Shown here: positions 50,686 through 64,000 of the stretch, one piece after another | Layout: every line of letters begins with the position of its first letter | Numbering within the stretch: the stretch's first letter is position 1 | NCBI GenBank assembly: GCA_051294375.1 | Contig: CM119264.1 | Span: 27,922,981-27,986,980 of the forward strand | Length of the DNA stretch: 64,000 nt | Source: Paraspadella gotoi | Taxonomy: Eukaryota > Animalia > Chaetognatha | Direction: 5' to 3' | Position numbers and translations under genes: made by a program | Notes under the pieces: model-generated | Told to the model about the DNA's origin: nothing | Databases searched by the model: none | What the model saw: only the letters and a program-made list of their open reading frames with translations

Positions 50686-53058
50686 GGAGAGAAGTAAAAT
50701 TGAAGAGAAGTGGGAAGAGTCGAAGTGGATAAGAAATTGCAGAAGAGCTGAAGGAGGAATAAATTGAAATCTAAAATCGAATTTATTCATTCTCTCTCCT
50801 CCTCCACCGGGTTTTCCCTATGCTCTCTCTCTCTCTCTCTCTCNNNNNNNNNNNNNNNNNNNNNNNNNNNNNNNNNNNNNNNNNNNNNNNNNNNNNNNNN
50901 NNNNNNNNNNNNNNNNNNNNNNNNNNNNNNNNNNNNNNNNNNNNNNNNNNNNNNNNNNNNNNNNNNNNNNNNNNNNNNNNNNNNNNNNNNNNNNNNNNNN
51001 NNNNNNNNNNNNNNNNNNNNNNNNNNNNNNNNNNNNNNNNNNNNNNNNNNNNNNNNNNNNNNNNNNNNNNNNNNNNNNNNNNNNNNNNNNNNNNNNNNNN
51101 NNNNNNNNNNNNNNNNNNNNNNNNNNNNATCGAAGTACATTTTCTATTTAAAGATTTGTAACTGTGTGAGTTATTTCGTTCTGTGCGAATAAGATTTCCT
51201 CTTTTATAAAATCTCCCCATTTCTGATCCTTCTTAACTTAACTTAACTTAACTTATTTTGAATATTAATATTTTACCTTAATCTGTTACCAAACCTATTG
51301 CCTAATCCCTAACCTTAATTCTTAATTTCTAATCTCTATCCCCGAAACCTGAACCATTATCCAAATCTCTAACCTATTAAATAAATAATAAATAAATAAT
51401 AAATAATAGTATTATTTAAACCTTTTTCTTATATTTTTAAACTTTATTCCGAATTTAAGATAAAATCGGGTATTTTGGGGAAATATGGCAGATTTCCTCA
51501 TATGGTATTAAATGCCGAAATTGCTTGCAGGGGACAATGAACTTTCTATCGTAAACAAGATTCGCGCCTGACGATTAGTTAATTTATTAATTAAATATTA
51601 ACAATATAAATACTAGGATGGAGCGATGAAAAGATTGAGCGAGTTAAAATTGTTTTTTGCTGCCTCGGTATATGTAATGTTCCCGAAATAATATGAACAA
51701 AACATTTTTTGTACTCGATAATCATAATATCTGGCGAAAAATTATTAGTGTTAATTGACTCAAATCAATTATTTGTTCTCAAGAGCTCCACTCTAATAAA
51801 TACGCCTCACGCACAAATTGGCACGTGCCAAATGCGTGCGAACGATATTTTTTAGGCTCTTTGCGTGTTATTTGCGTGAGATACTAGAGAATTTCAATAG
51901 ATTATTTAAAAAATACTATGAAATTGACCGAAAAATGATTTTTAATCCTTTTTATAATTATTATATTATCAGTGAAATAAACTTATAATCGCATACAATA
52001 CAGAAGCTACTATCAAGTTCAAAAACTATATAATTAGACTATTCTAAACTTCCCAAACGAACGAAAACTCTCAAGAAAAGAAAAAAAAAATAAAAAAGAA
52101 ACAAAACAAAAAAAGTAGGATAAAAGAGAAAAGGTAGAAAATGAGTTTGGAAGCAGCGAACCAAAGACTTTTCAATTGAATTCGAAAGAAAAAGAGAAGA
52201 AAAAATGAGGAAAGAAAAGGAAAAAAAAGAAAAGGAAAATGAGAAAGAAAAGAAAAGAAAGAAAAAGAAAAGGAAAATGAGAAAGAGAAGTGGAATCAGC
52301 GGAGGAGAAAAAAGAAAAGAAAAAAAAGAAAAGAAAAGAAAATTGTCGCTAGGTGTCATCGACGAGAAAAATTTCGTAAAAAAAGTTAATATCGACAGGT
52401 ATATACGGCACTGACTTATTTAAAAAATATAGTCAAATACTAATTATAAGAAGAGGATATAATGTTTAATAGATTAAAGTTGTCAAATCCATTATTTTTT
52501 ATGACATTCATTAATAAATAATACATAAATTTTAACAATGTCAATAGGCAAATCAAGATATTCACAATGTTTTATTTCGACAAATGAAAGGGAATGTTCT
52601 TCATGAGAGGAGTACTTCANNNNNNNNNNNNNNNNNNNNNNNNNNNNNNNNNNNNNNNNNNNNNNNNNNNNNNNNNNNNNNNNNNNNNNNNNNNNNNNNN
52701 NNNNNNNNNNNNNNNNNNNNNNNNNNNNNNNNNNNNNNNNNNNNNNNNNNNNNNNNNNNNNNNNNNNNNNNNNNNNNNNNNNNNNNNNNNNNNNNNNNNN
52801 NNNNNNNNNNNNNNNNNNNNNNNNNNNNNNNNNNNNNNNNNNNNNNNNNNNNNNNNNNNNNNNNNNNNNNNNNNNNNNNNNNNNNNNNNNNNNNNNNNNN
52901 NNNNNNNNNNTCTTTTCAAGTCGATCTCATCGTGATAACAACGATCACGATTCGTCTTCACGATTTCGCCTCAACTTCATAGTTCATCCCCCGATTCCCT
53001 GGATTGAGATCCGAGATCGAGTTCCATCGCGAAAGACGCTAAGCGAAAGGCGTCGGAG

Positions 53059-53250
53059 CATTTCTGAGAAATGAGTTCATTTCTGAGAAATGGGGACTTC
53101 GGCAGAGTTTAACGGGAGAACCAATGGAAAGTGCAATGGGAGCGAGGTAGCGTCCAATGGTTTCATCAACGACGTCGCGACTTCCGGTAATCGGGTTAAG
53201 GTAAAGCCACGCCCCTATTTAACTTGTTTGGCCTCCTCTTCTTCCTTTAT
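53059..53250 (+). promoter_or_regulatory. candidate RNA Pol II promoter
   Basis: Ordered motifs: TTCTGAGAA x2 (53062, 53081), CCAAT x2 (53121, 53154), ACTTCCGGT (53180), GCCACGCCCC (53206), TATTTAA (53216), then a pyrimidine-rich putative start region near 53240. Confidence 0.55.
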
Positions 53251-53271
53251 CTTCTGGAGAGAGCTGGATCG

Positions 53272-53360
<89 letters not shown>

Positions 53361-53717
53361 CCCGTCTCGATACCTCCCTTTTACTTTCTTTCTTCTTGCA
53401 TCTTTCTCTCNNNNNNNNNNNNNNNNNNNNNNNNNNNNNNNNNNNNNNNNNNNNNNNNNNNNNNNNNNNNNNNNNNNNNNNNNNNNNNNNNNNNNNNNNN
53501 NNNNNNNNNNNNNNNNNNNNNNNNNNNNNNNNNNNNNNNNNNNNNNNNNNNNNNNNNNNNNNNNNNNNNNNNNNNNNNNNNNNNNNNNNNNNNNNNNNNN
53601 NNNNNNNNNNNNNNNNNNNNNNNNNNNNNNNNNNNNNNNNNNNNNNNNNNNNNNNNNNNNNNNNNNNNNNNNNNNNNNNNNNNNNNNNNNNNNNNNNNNN
53701 NNNNNNNNNNNNNNNNC

Positions 53718-54000
53718 TCAATTTCCTCATCCCGTCGACGGAAGTCGATGACGTCATCAGAAAAACTGAGACGAACAAAAGACGCAGCGTCGTCGTCGTC
53801 GTCGTCGTCTTATTCTTCTTTGTCGTCGTCGTCTTCATCGTTCCCGGCTTCTTCTTCGTCGTCGTCGTCGTCAGCATCGTCGTCGTCGTCTTCATCGTCG
53901 TCTTTCTCTCTCCCTCCCCCCCGCCACGCCTACTTCCGGTGGGCGTGGGCTTTGTTTTTGTGTTGGTCGCTTCGCCTCTCGTCGCCGCCATCTTTGTTGA

Positions 54001-54034
<34 letters not shown>

Positions 54035-54930
54035 CTCGGTTTTTTCGATGATGCAGATGTTTTGAAAGACGTTGGGTCGGTGTTCAGGCTTAAGGCGGCC
54101 AAGGCTTCAGTTAGGAAAATACCAGGTGCTTCAGAGGCGGCGGCGGCGGCAGCGGCGGCGGCAGCGGCGGCAGCGGCGGCCACAGCGGTTGCGATTTCCA
54201 TTTCGAGGTGAGTTTGACCCCGATCGACTCTCCCTGCGGATCCCAGGTCAGTTTCACTCTTCTCCCACTTTGGGTGAGTTCGTCGAGATCCACGTCGTCG
54301 TCGTCTTCTTCTTCGCCGCTGCAGCGACGGCAGTTGGTAAGTTTTTCGTCGCGTCTCATCCAGCGGCGGGTAAGTTCGCCGAGGGTTGCGGCGGCGGAGG
54401 TGAAAGAGGTGGAGACGGGAGGTAAGTTCGAGACAGGGACGAGGAAAGTTAAAGCGAGATCGAGGAAAATCACGGCGACGGCGAATTCCCGGAAGGCTCC
54501 GGCGAATTCGTCCCCGGCGACGACGATTGAGGCGAGAAAGATCGTGGTCAACGCGATCGCCGTTGCCAACCCCGGGGATTCGGTCCTCGATCCCCCGGGG
54601 ACCCCGATTTATCCCCCCGGGGTCGAGAAGGCGAGGGAGAGGAACGGAGATCGGGAATCGGGGCTGGTGGGTGAAATTAAAGGGCAGGGAGGTCGCTCGG
54701 GCACGCCGGACGAGCCGTTTGGGTCGCGAGATCGAGGGGCTGACCCCGCGGGGCTGAGGCGCGAGCCTTCCGGGCAGGGGAGCGTCGCGCTCGAATGGCC
54801 TTTCGGTTTCGGAGCAGATGGTTGGGGAGAAGAGGAAGACCGGGACGACAGACGACGACGACGGGATGAGGACACGACGATGAGAACATTCGAACACGCG
54901 ACGAAATTCTCAATCTTCCGTTTGAGAAGA
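53718..54930. other. CpG-rich island with long open frames on both strands; coding status and strand unresolved
   Basis: The plus frame is open from 54115 to beyond 54930 and a minus frame is open across the whole island. No recognisable domain. Also holds CGCCATCTT, CTTCCGG and GGGCGTGG promoter-type motifs at 53920-53995. Confidence 0.4.
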
Positions 54931-54974
54931 GAGAGAGAGAGAGAGAAGAGAGAGAGAGATGAGAGAGAGAGAGA

Positions 54975-55013
<39 letters not shown>

Positions 55014-56237
55014 GCAGCGAGGAAGGGACTTTCTTCCTCTTCTTAGTCGTTTGAAATCCAAGGTTTTTTCGTTTTTCCTTTTATTCTCTTCTTTTTCTCT
55101 CTGTTCTTTTCTTCGTCGGTCGTCCGTCGTCGTCGGGTCGTTCGTTCGTCGCTTGTGTCGTGATACATTTCGGCGATTGGTTTCCAGTTTCGTCCTTGAT
55201 CTTTTATTATTCCTTTTTTTTTTTTTTGATCTCTGAAAATCAAAAGAACAAGTTAAGCCTTTTAAGCCCTAAGGCAGTTCTACGAAAAGGCCCTTTTGTC
55301 CGAAAAAATGAACAGAATCTCCTGATTATTCAAATATGAAATGGTAAATTTTTTTATACTTTGAACTATATCACACAAGAGTGCCGAACAATGGTGTAAA
55401 TAAACCATTCCCATTTCATAATTTTAATAACAGTAAAGATAGTTTTTTTATAAGCCAATTTTTTATCTTTCAAAAAATCTTGTCCATTTTTGTCCATTTT
55501 CAGTTTTGGCACTCACTTTTCAAGGTGAAGATCAAAAAGAAAAAATTTTTTACTTTCGCTTTGGGTTCGCCTTCATGTTACTTTTCCTACTGGGGTAAAA
55601 GCATTTTTGTTAATGATTCACCGTTTGTTCCATGAGATTTTTTAAAATGGTTAGTCAAAAAATGGTCATTTTTTTCATTTGCACTCATTTTAAACTAACC
55701 TGAAGCATTTTTTAAATTAAATGAAACTAATGCAAAATATTCCCCACATGATAAGCTATATATCTGTAATATAAGAAATAAGGCTTCATAGCGTTTTCTT
55801 AAAAAAAATTTTTTAAGAGTCTTTGATTTGTGATTTTTTGTGATTGTAGTTTATTTTCATATTTCCGACTTTAAGGTTATTTGTTTTTATAGTTTTATTA
55901 GTTGGACTAGGTATTATTCTTATAAATCTTAAAAAACGCATCAAATTTTTGCGTTATCTTAAAGCATCAGGACTAATTTTAATCATTTTTTCCGCGTGTC
56001 GACAACGATTTTTGCGGAAAATTTTTTTCCGCAAATCTGTCGACTTTACTAAATCTGCGGAAAATAAATATAAAAAAAGAAAATAAATATAAAAAAAGCG
56101 TCGAGGAAATATTAAATTCGGGTGATCCTGGGAAAATGAAGAGCAAGAAGATGAAAAAAAATATATATTCCTTCTTTTACGGAAAAGAAAAATTATAATC
56201 GTAACAATAATTATTTATGAAGTATTTATTAATCTAT

Positions 56238-56274
<37 letters not shown>

Positions 56275-56294
56275 AACAAGTAATACAAGGCTAA

Positions 56295-56550
56295 ATCACA
56301 TTGGAGCCGAAGCATTCTCGCGACTCCATTGGCGGAGAGCTATAAAACCTGTTTCGCTACGTTATTGGTCGTTGCTTGAATTAGCTTCTTTTTTTTACGT
56401 CAACACACGAGTCGATAAGTTCGTTGGTCCTGACGTTATCACCGTCAGGATAAAGATATCGATCTAACTTCAAGTTAAAATTCCGAGGACGCGATTGGTC
56501 GATCGTCATCCACCGAAAATGATATTTTTTGATCCAATCAGAATGCGGGA
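56295..56550. promoter_or_regulatory. promoter-like motif cluster
   Basis: Five CCAAT/ATTGG boxes, TCTCGCGA at about 56316 and TATAAAA at 56341, within a CpG-rich patch in AT-rich surroundings. Confidence 0.4.
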
Positions 56551-56639
56551 TTTAGTCGTTAGATGCTCATCTTTGTAGCGATTAAGAGAGAGATTCCCTG
56601 TGGGTTGGGGTGAACATAAAACCGCAAATATGTTGAAAG

Positions 56640-57647
56640 AGAGAGAAGAGAGTGAAGAGAGAGAGAGAAGAGAGAGAAGGAGATAGAGAGAGAGAAAAGA
56701 GAAAGAAGAGACGTGATGAGAGAGAGAGAGAGAGAGAGATAGAGAGAAGAGATAGAGAGAGAAAGTAAGGGGTTCTCACTCTCTTGACCGCAATAAGAGA
56801 GAAATTTAGGTCGCATACTCGTGGTGTGGACAAGAAATAACCAGTGGAGAAGTCAGTAGCACAAAACAACACCGATTGTCTTCATTACTGTTTCGTCGTT
56901 TCTTGTTGCCGAGAGAAAATTTATTTTCGAAAAATCCATTCATCGGCAGAATTCGATTACGTCGAAGTCTGCAGGTTGAAAGAAAAAAAAAAATATATTT
57001 GGAATTGACGACCTGGTGACAAAATAAATAACTCGTGTCAATAGCGTCTGCGTTTTTTTTATCTTTCTTTGCTTTCTTTTTTTCTTTCCTTTCTTTCTTG
57101 TTGTTGTTTCTTTTCTTTTCTTTCTTTCTTTTCTTTCCTTTCTTTCTTTTCCTTTCTTTTTCTTTCTTTCTTTCTTTCTATCTTTTTCCTTTTTTTCTCT
57201 TCTATCTTTCTTTATATCTTTTTTTCTTTATTTTTTCTCTTTTCTTTTTTTTCTTTCTTTTTTCATTGTGAGGACGAACTAATCATTTTGGCTTCTTTTT
57301 GGCTTTATTTATGCTGCTCTTTCTGGCTTTCGCTTCTCTCCTCTTCCTCGCTCTTTAAAAACCTAGTGATTTAAAGAAACGAAACGAAAAACCATTTTCT
57401 TTATTTTAAGCATTACTTTTTTTAACGGAAGTTTTATAGACAGAGACAGACCAAAAAAGCTAAATTATATATGTGTGTCCTCGACGCGAAATGAAAAGAA
57501 AAACGAAAAACAAGTAACCCTTCGTGAAAAAAAACAACCAAAAGAACAAAAACCTAGAAAACAAACAAAAAAAAAAACAGGAGCGAAAAAGATGTTTTCC
57601 CTCCGCACTCGGTTTTAGATAATTTTATTCCGCCGAAGCTGCGAAGG

Positions 57648-57718
<71 letters not shown>

Positions 57719-60700
57719 AGAAAACACTGTTTGTTTTTTGCCCTTCGTAGCAGCCCTTTTGGGGTTTTTTGGCCTGAGAAAAAAATATAGGAAAATGTAA
57801 AAAAAAGGGGAGAGATAAAGAGAGAGAGAAGAAAAGGTAAAGTGAGGAAATGGAAAGAAAGAAAAGAAAGAAAGAAAGAAAGAAAGAAAGAAAAAGAAAA
57901 GAAAGAAGAAAGAAAAGAAAGAAAGAAAGAAAAATAAACTAAAGAAAAAGAAACTCCGAAAGCAGGTTGGATGCCTCTGGACCTCAAATTCACGGAAAAA
58001 CGACGGGCATCCACTCTTGAATTCTTGGAGGAAAGAAAAAAGGGAAAGAAGAATTAAAAAAAGGGAAAAAAAAGGAAAAAGGGGAAAAAAAGGAAAAAAG
58101 GAGGGTAACGGCAAAGAGAAAAAAAAATCAGGGTTGCGTGTGAAGCAAAATCCTCGAGTTTTTTTAACACATGTTGAGGATGAAGAAGAGGAAAGAGGAA
58201 AAGTGCGAAGTGGAAGAGTAAGAGGAGAGTCAGAGTCAAAGGGGAGGAAGTGAAGTGGAAGAGGCAGAGGATGAGGTAGGTGGAATAAAGGAAGAGGAAA
58301 AGAGGGAGAAAGTGGATGTTGAAAAGAGGAAGAGTCAAAAAGAGGGAGGAAGTGGAAGAGGAGGTGGAGGAGAAAGGAGGTGGAATAGATAAGAGGAAAA
58401 TGGTTGGAAGTGGAAGAGGAAGAATAAAAGGGAGAGAAGTGGAAGAGGAAGAAGAAAATAAAGGGAGAAAAGTGGACTGGAGAGGAAAAAAAAGGAGGAA
58501 TTGGAAGTGGAAGAAAGAGGAAGGGGAAAAAGGGAGAAAAGGAGAAGAAGTGAAAGGAGGAAAGGAGAGGAGGTGGAAAGGAATGAGAAAGAAGAGGGAA
58601 GAAGAAAAGGAAGAGCAGTTAAGAGAGAGGAATAATGGGGAGAGAGAGAAGAGTGAAAGATTGATTGTTTAAATTGATTAATTTGATTTTTTTTTAGAAA
58701 GAAGAAGGCAGAGATATAGAGAATTGAGGGGAATAAAAACGATGAAAGGAAAGAAATAGAAGAGAAAAATTAAGGAAGATAGAAAGAGGAAAATAAAGTG
58801 GGGAAAGGAAAGAAAAAAAGGAAGAGAGAATCCGGATCTTTCGCCCTTCTGGTTATGATTTCGCGATCGACCCTCTTTTTTTTTTTCGGCGGCCGACGCT
58901 CGAGACCGCTCCCCCTACACACCTCCCGCCCCCTCCGCCTCTGCAGTGTCACCCTCCCCTTTTCTCTTACCCTTCGCTCTCCCCCCCCGTTGATGCCGCC
59001 TTCAGTCGCCAGCCAGGAGGAGACGATTCCCGGGAGAAATTAAATTTGGTGGAATATCGCGTCCGAATTAACGAGAGAACGTCGAGGGGATTGTGTCATT
59101 GGAGACTGGGGGGAAGTGAATAGTGATAGTGGGATGTGAAGTGAGAGGGATGTTTGATAGTGTGATAGGGGAGGAAAGAGGGGTTTGTGACAGTGAGAAG
59201 GGGAAAAGTGGAGAGTGATAGTGTGATAGTGTGACAAAGGAGGAAGGAGAGGGGTTTTGTGACAGTGAGAAGGTGGAAGTGAGAGGGGAGTTGTGACATG
59301 AGACTGGGAGCTGATGAGAATTGTGTCATTGAGACGAGGGGGGTTGTGAGAAGTGAGATGGAGTTGTGGATAGTGAAATGGTGGAAGAGGAGAGGTTGGG
59401 GTTGTGACAGTGAGAATGGGGAGGAAGAAGGGATTGTGGTCAATTGAGACGGGGGAAGTGAGAATGGGAGGGAGTTTTAGCAGTTGATAGCGGGAGAAAG
59501 GAGGTATGGAGGTTGTGACAGTGAGACCGGAGAGGAGAATGAGTAGCGTGACAGTGGAATAAGGAGATTATTGTGTCAGTTAGATGAGAGAGATGGAGAA
59601 GGCGAGCTTAAACGCTAGCAGTGCCACTGAGAATAAAAGCCAAGATCAGAATATTTTAATTAAGAGATAGAAATGGTGTTCATGTTATTGACATCAAAGT
59701 CCGGAGAATTCGTGTCATCAATGAGAGAGAGAAAAGAGAGATAAATGTCCTTGAGAAGTAGAAGGTTATTGAGACAAGAAATCTAAGATTATGTGTGAGG
59801 ACATCAGAAAGAGAGGATCAGTAATGTATATAGACCTGTCCACTGTTCGCAGTGTTCAATTATGCAGTGGTAAGATAGCGTATTTATTGAATGAATGGAT
59901 AATTGGTATATAAGTTGTAGCCAATTTCAAGTTATATTTAAAAGCGAGTGGCAAAAAAGCGGGAAAAAAAAAATGATGATAATAAAAAATAATGTGCAGC
60001 GATTCTGGATTTGAAAGGTTTTTCAAAGCTATAACATTGAAGCTGGTACAAACAAATAAAAAAAATTATTCATTCATTCAATGAATAAGGAAATCACGAA
60101 CCCTAATCTGAGGACAACGCTATGGTGGCGTTAAATCCTTAGACTTAGTATTAGATCGGGGAATACTATACTGTACTTCCGTTAAGCAACGGCAAAATAT
60201 AAGGAACTTATAGCAGCAACCAAAATATAAAAAATTTGATTCATTTAATAAATAAAGCCTATCTTACATTGTCTGTGGACAGGATTCGTATTAATAGTTA
60301 AAGAGTTGGAAGCCTAAAACCCAAGATAGCCTGTCGCGTGTTCGCAATTTCAGTAAGCAAAATAACAATCGGTTTTTATCAATTTCCATAGGCAACAATA
60401 GTTTTAAAAAGAAAAAAAACAGACCATCATCTTTGTCTCAAAATTGTCTATCCGAGAGATAATTTTTTTCGAGAAGCGAGAATAAAGTTTTTTCTTCACG
60501 AACTTTCGATTAAAAATTTTCTCACGATTTCATGCACAAAAAGAAAAGGGGAAATTTTTTTTTTTTTTCAATTCCATCTCCGCCTTAAAGTGTCGCGGCG
60601 TTGGAACGGAAGATTCAACAAAATCGCGTCAAGAGAAAAGGAAAGAGAAAAAAAAAGAGTTTGAGGCGATTCGTTTGGGGGGAGTAAGGGGGGCGTGGAG

Positions 60701-62440
60701 GGGGCGGGACTTGGGAGGGGGGGGGAAGCGAAGCCCGATAATGTCGGACAGGGAATCGAAAGGAGGGAAAAGGTGAGAACCATTTTTACGCGGAAAGGAA
60801 AAACCTCAGTTAGTTTGAAAAAAAGGGAGAAAAAGGGAGGTAAGGAAGGTAAGGAAAAGGTAACGTAGGAAAAAATAAAAAGGAGTTAAGGAAAAAAGGA
60901 AGAGGAAGCTTGAAATTCGTTAAAGAACTGCAAGTCCAACAAAGGAAAAAAAAGGAACAGAGGTCGGAATGATATTGAATTAATTATTTTATATTGTTGA
61001 CAGACAACAAACTATTTTCTTGATTTCGGTCAACTGATGAACAACGTGAAATATTAGTAGTGAATCATTTTATGAGGTTTACTGTGAATAAAAAAAAATT
61101 TTAATTTTTTTCATCTTTTTCAGTTTTCACTGTATTTTCTCATGTATTTTTTTTTTGGTATTTCAACCGTGTTTTCAAATATTTTCCAAATTTAAATAGC
61201 TAATTATGATCGCCTGTGATTCCAATGACATTCAAACCATAACGCCAAGATGTTCATCACACCACAATTCTCTTGACCTAAATTTCCCCAATTTCCATGA
61301 CAGATCCATTTTTTGTCTCTGATTTTTCCTTTTGTCTTCGTTACTGTCAAAATTTGATTCGTGAGAAATGACGCGTCTCTTTGCCGAAAAGAGAAAAATC
61401 ATTTCGCCTCGATTTAGAAAATGAGGTATGATTGAAACGCGCTCTCTCTCCTCTCTCTCTCTGCATCTCCCTCTACTCTCTCTCTCGTCTCTATCTCTCT
61501 GCTCTCCCTCTCGGTCTCTCTCTCTCTTCATCTATCTTCTTGAATATCTGCTCTGCTCATCTATCTGAATCTCATTTCTCTTTCCTTCTTTCCACCGATT
61601 TCGCGCCCAGTCCTCTCTCTTTTCCAACTTATCGCTTCAGAATATCTCTCTATCGTCTCAGTCTCTATCTCTCTCTCTAATCTTTCTTTTCTGATATCTA
61701 TTCTTTCTTCCAGAATTTAATGTGGAACATAATCAAACCTCTTCTTTTTCTTTCCTTTTCGACATGCACCGTTTCGCCCGCGATGGTTCTAATGTTCCTT
61801 TTTGCCGACTTTTTTTTTTCCATTTTGCATTTTATCGCTAGTTTTTGTCCTTTCGCACTTTTTCGCATTTTGCTATTCTAAACCTTTGTTGATCTTTTTT
61901 TTGCCGCTTTTTCCATTTTGGCCGCTTTTAACCTGATTTTTAATCTTTTTGTCCTAATTAACCCTAACGGCCAATATTGTTTTTGGAAGTCCTATTTGCA
62001 TTTTTGACTTCTGCCATTATTTCCCTTATAATGGCCATTTGGTCTTCAAACCTGTTTTACCTGTTACCGTTTTACCCTTTTGCCTTAATGCACTTATTAC
62101 TTATTTGCCATTATGCCATTTTTGGCCAAATTTTTGCCATTTTTGCCTTTTACCCTTTGGTCCTTATGCCCATAGTTTCTTTTTTAACCTCATTTCAAAC
62201 TCACATTTTTGCTACAATACTGGCTTCGCCCTTACGCCCTTAAGTAATTTTGCTCATTGAGCTTCATCTATCCCTTTTAGTTTATTCCAAACAAAAAAAA
62301 GAATTGAAATTGAATTCGATATTTAATAATCTTTTCAGAATTAAAGATTGTAACCGAAATCGGCATAAAATCCGTTAGTCCGGGTAAGACAAAAAAATAA
62401 GCGAGGAGAAATTCGAACAAAAAACCAAAAAATGAAGAGT

Positions 62441-62515
<75 letters not shown>

Positions 62516-62708
62516 AATGAAGGGAAAATAGGAAAGGAAATAAAAGGAAAGGGAATTCTTATGGGTTTTTGTAATTTCGTAATGGTGGCGAATTCCGTCG
62601 GCCCAACTCTGTGCAGGCCAATTCGACTCTCCTTTGTTCGGATCGAGACGCACGAGTGAGAACGGATATTGTAAGGAAAAAGAGAAAAGAGAGAAGAGAA
62701 GAGAGAGC

Positions 62709-62767
<59 letters not shown>

Positions 62768-63256
62768 GCCGAGAAAGGAAAGGCGGAAAAGAATAAAGAG
62801 AAAATAAAAGGAATATGTTAAATCACAAATAATAGTAAAAAGGGATATTCGGTCAAGTATTTAAGTTTTAACTAAGTGTAATTTCCCTTTCTTTTCGTCT
62901 AGTCTATTATACAGATGACTCAATAGTTAAATTTAATAACAAAAAGACCTCGATAGTCAATACAGCTTAAGTATTTCCAAAAAGATTCATGAACAATGAT
63001 AAATAGGGTACATGAGACAATGAGCGTGTGTGATTACGGATAATTTAACAAGAGAAATAATGATGTGAGAGCGTGAGGAAAAAAGTGGAGAGAAAGATCT
63101 GTCATAAACATCAGAGTGTGATAAAGACAATGCTAGAATAGTGAAGGAACGTGTGAAGTCGGATTGTGAAGATAGGCGTGAGAGAGACACATGAGGGTGA
63201 AAGTGGCAATTGGTGTGAAACGGAAGATTGAAAAAATTAAAAACAAGTGAGTGAAG

Positions 63257-63313
<57 letters not shown>

Positions 63314-63693
63314 AGAGGAGAGAGAGAGAGAGAGCGAAGAGAAATCTACTTTTATTCGTCGGATTTTGACAAGTTGAGATTTCAGGGACACTCTAAAATG
63401 TTTTTCGTTATTATCGAGTAATTGGATTTTTCTACAATATCATTTTTAGCCCGAAATTCGTTTTGTCTCATTACAGACAAGAGGGTAAATAATTATAACG
63501 TAAATGAGTCGTAATGACAGGGCTACGTAATTATATTATAACCCTTAGTCCTCTTTTCGTAGTTTTTTTACCTTTGTAGTTCAACAAATAATAAAATTAA
63601 TCCATTAAATCAGTAAATAGATGCCTATTGTTAGTTGCAAAGATAGATAGATAGAATAGATAGATAGATAGATAGATAGCATAGATAGATAGA

Positions 63694-63725
<32 letters not shown>

Positions 63726-64000
63726 GATACAATAGATCCTATTGTAGTGCAACAAATATACAAATTATTCCCATTAAATCAAGTTTAATAGATCCTATTG
63801 CCGCATATATTTTGGACAGGCTAAAGCTTAAATATTTGCCTATGGTAAGAATAGGGATCGCATCCAATAACAGATTTATAACTTAGTAAATATTAATTTT
63901 GAAAAGTAATCATTATTATTAAAATAGTGTTAATTAAAGTAAATCATGACCGTGGGAAACAATTTCGACGACGACGAGCCAGGTAAACCACAATCAATAC
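56640..64000 (+). repeat. copy 2 of the direct duplication (probable second haplotype or long-read fill), running off the window
   Basis: Differs from copy 1 mainly by scattered 1-2 nt indels and lacks the LTR element. Similarity starts inside an (AG)n tract. Confidence 0.92.

Overview
Animal (probably invertebrate) genomic DNA from a gappy hybrid assembly, dense in microsatellites (AG, AAAG, AAAAG, CGT, CCGT, GATA, CAT). Most listed ORFs are microsatellite or N-gap artefacts. (1) A minus-strand multi-exon gene (about 3.6-22.3 kb, 5' end not located) can be spliced by hand with consistent GT-AG phases. It encodes a type I membrane Ig-superfamily adhesion/receptor protein: four visible Ig-like domains, one transmembrane helix and a low-complexity tyrosine-motif tail. 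Domains 3 and 4 have an unusual cysteine pattern. (2) A 1.48-kb non-coding LTR element (43928-45404) has AGTGG...CCACT termini, a 4-bp TSD, a visible empty site in the second copy of the locus and a tRNA-Leu primer binding site. Where the polypurine tract should be, it instead carries a copy of the 5' end of tRNA-Leu running into the LTR terminus. This is the most interesting signal. (3) Two MITEs (hAT-like, Tc1/mariner-like), several promoter-like motif clusters, and a CpG-rich island with six 5'-splice-site motifs, five of them in phase. (4) Large inverted and direct duplications (8.7-17.3 kb, 31.7-37.6 kb, 38.4-48.6 kb vs 56.6-64 kb) associated with 25-N gaps and indel noise, most likely long-read gap-filling or haplotype artefacts. 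All alignments were made by eye; no database search was possible.
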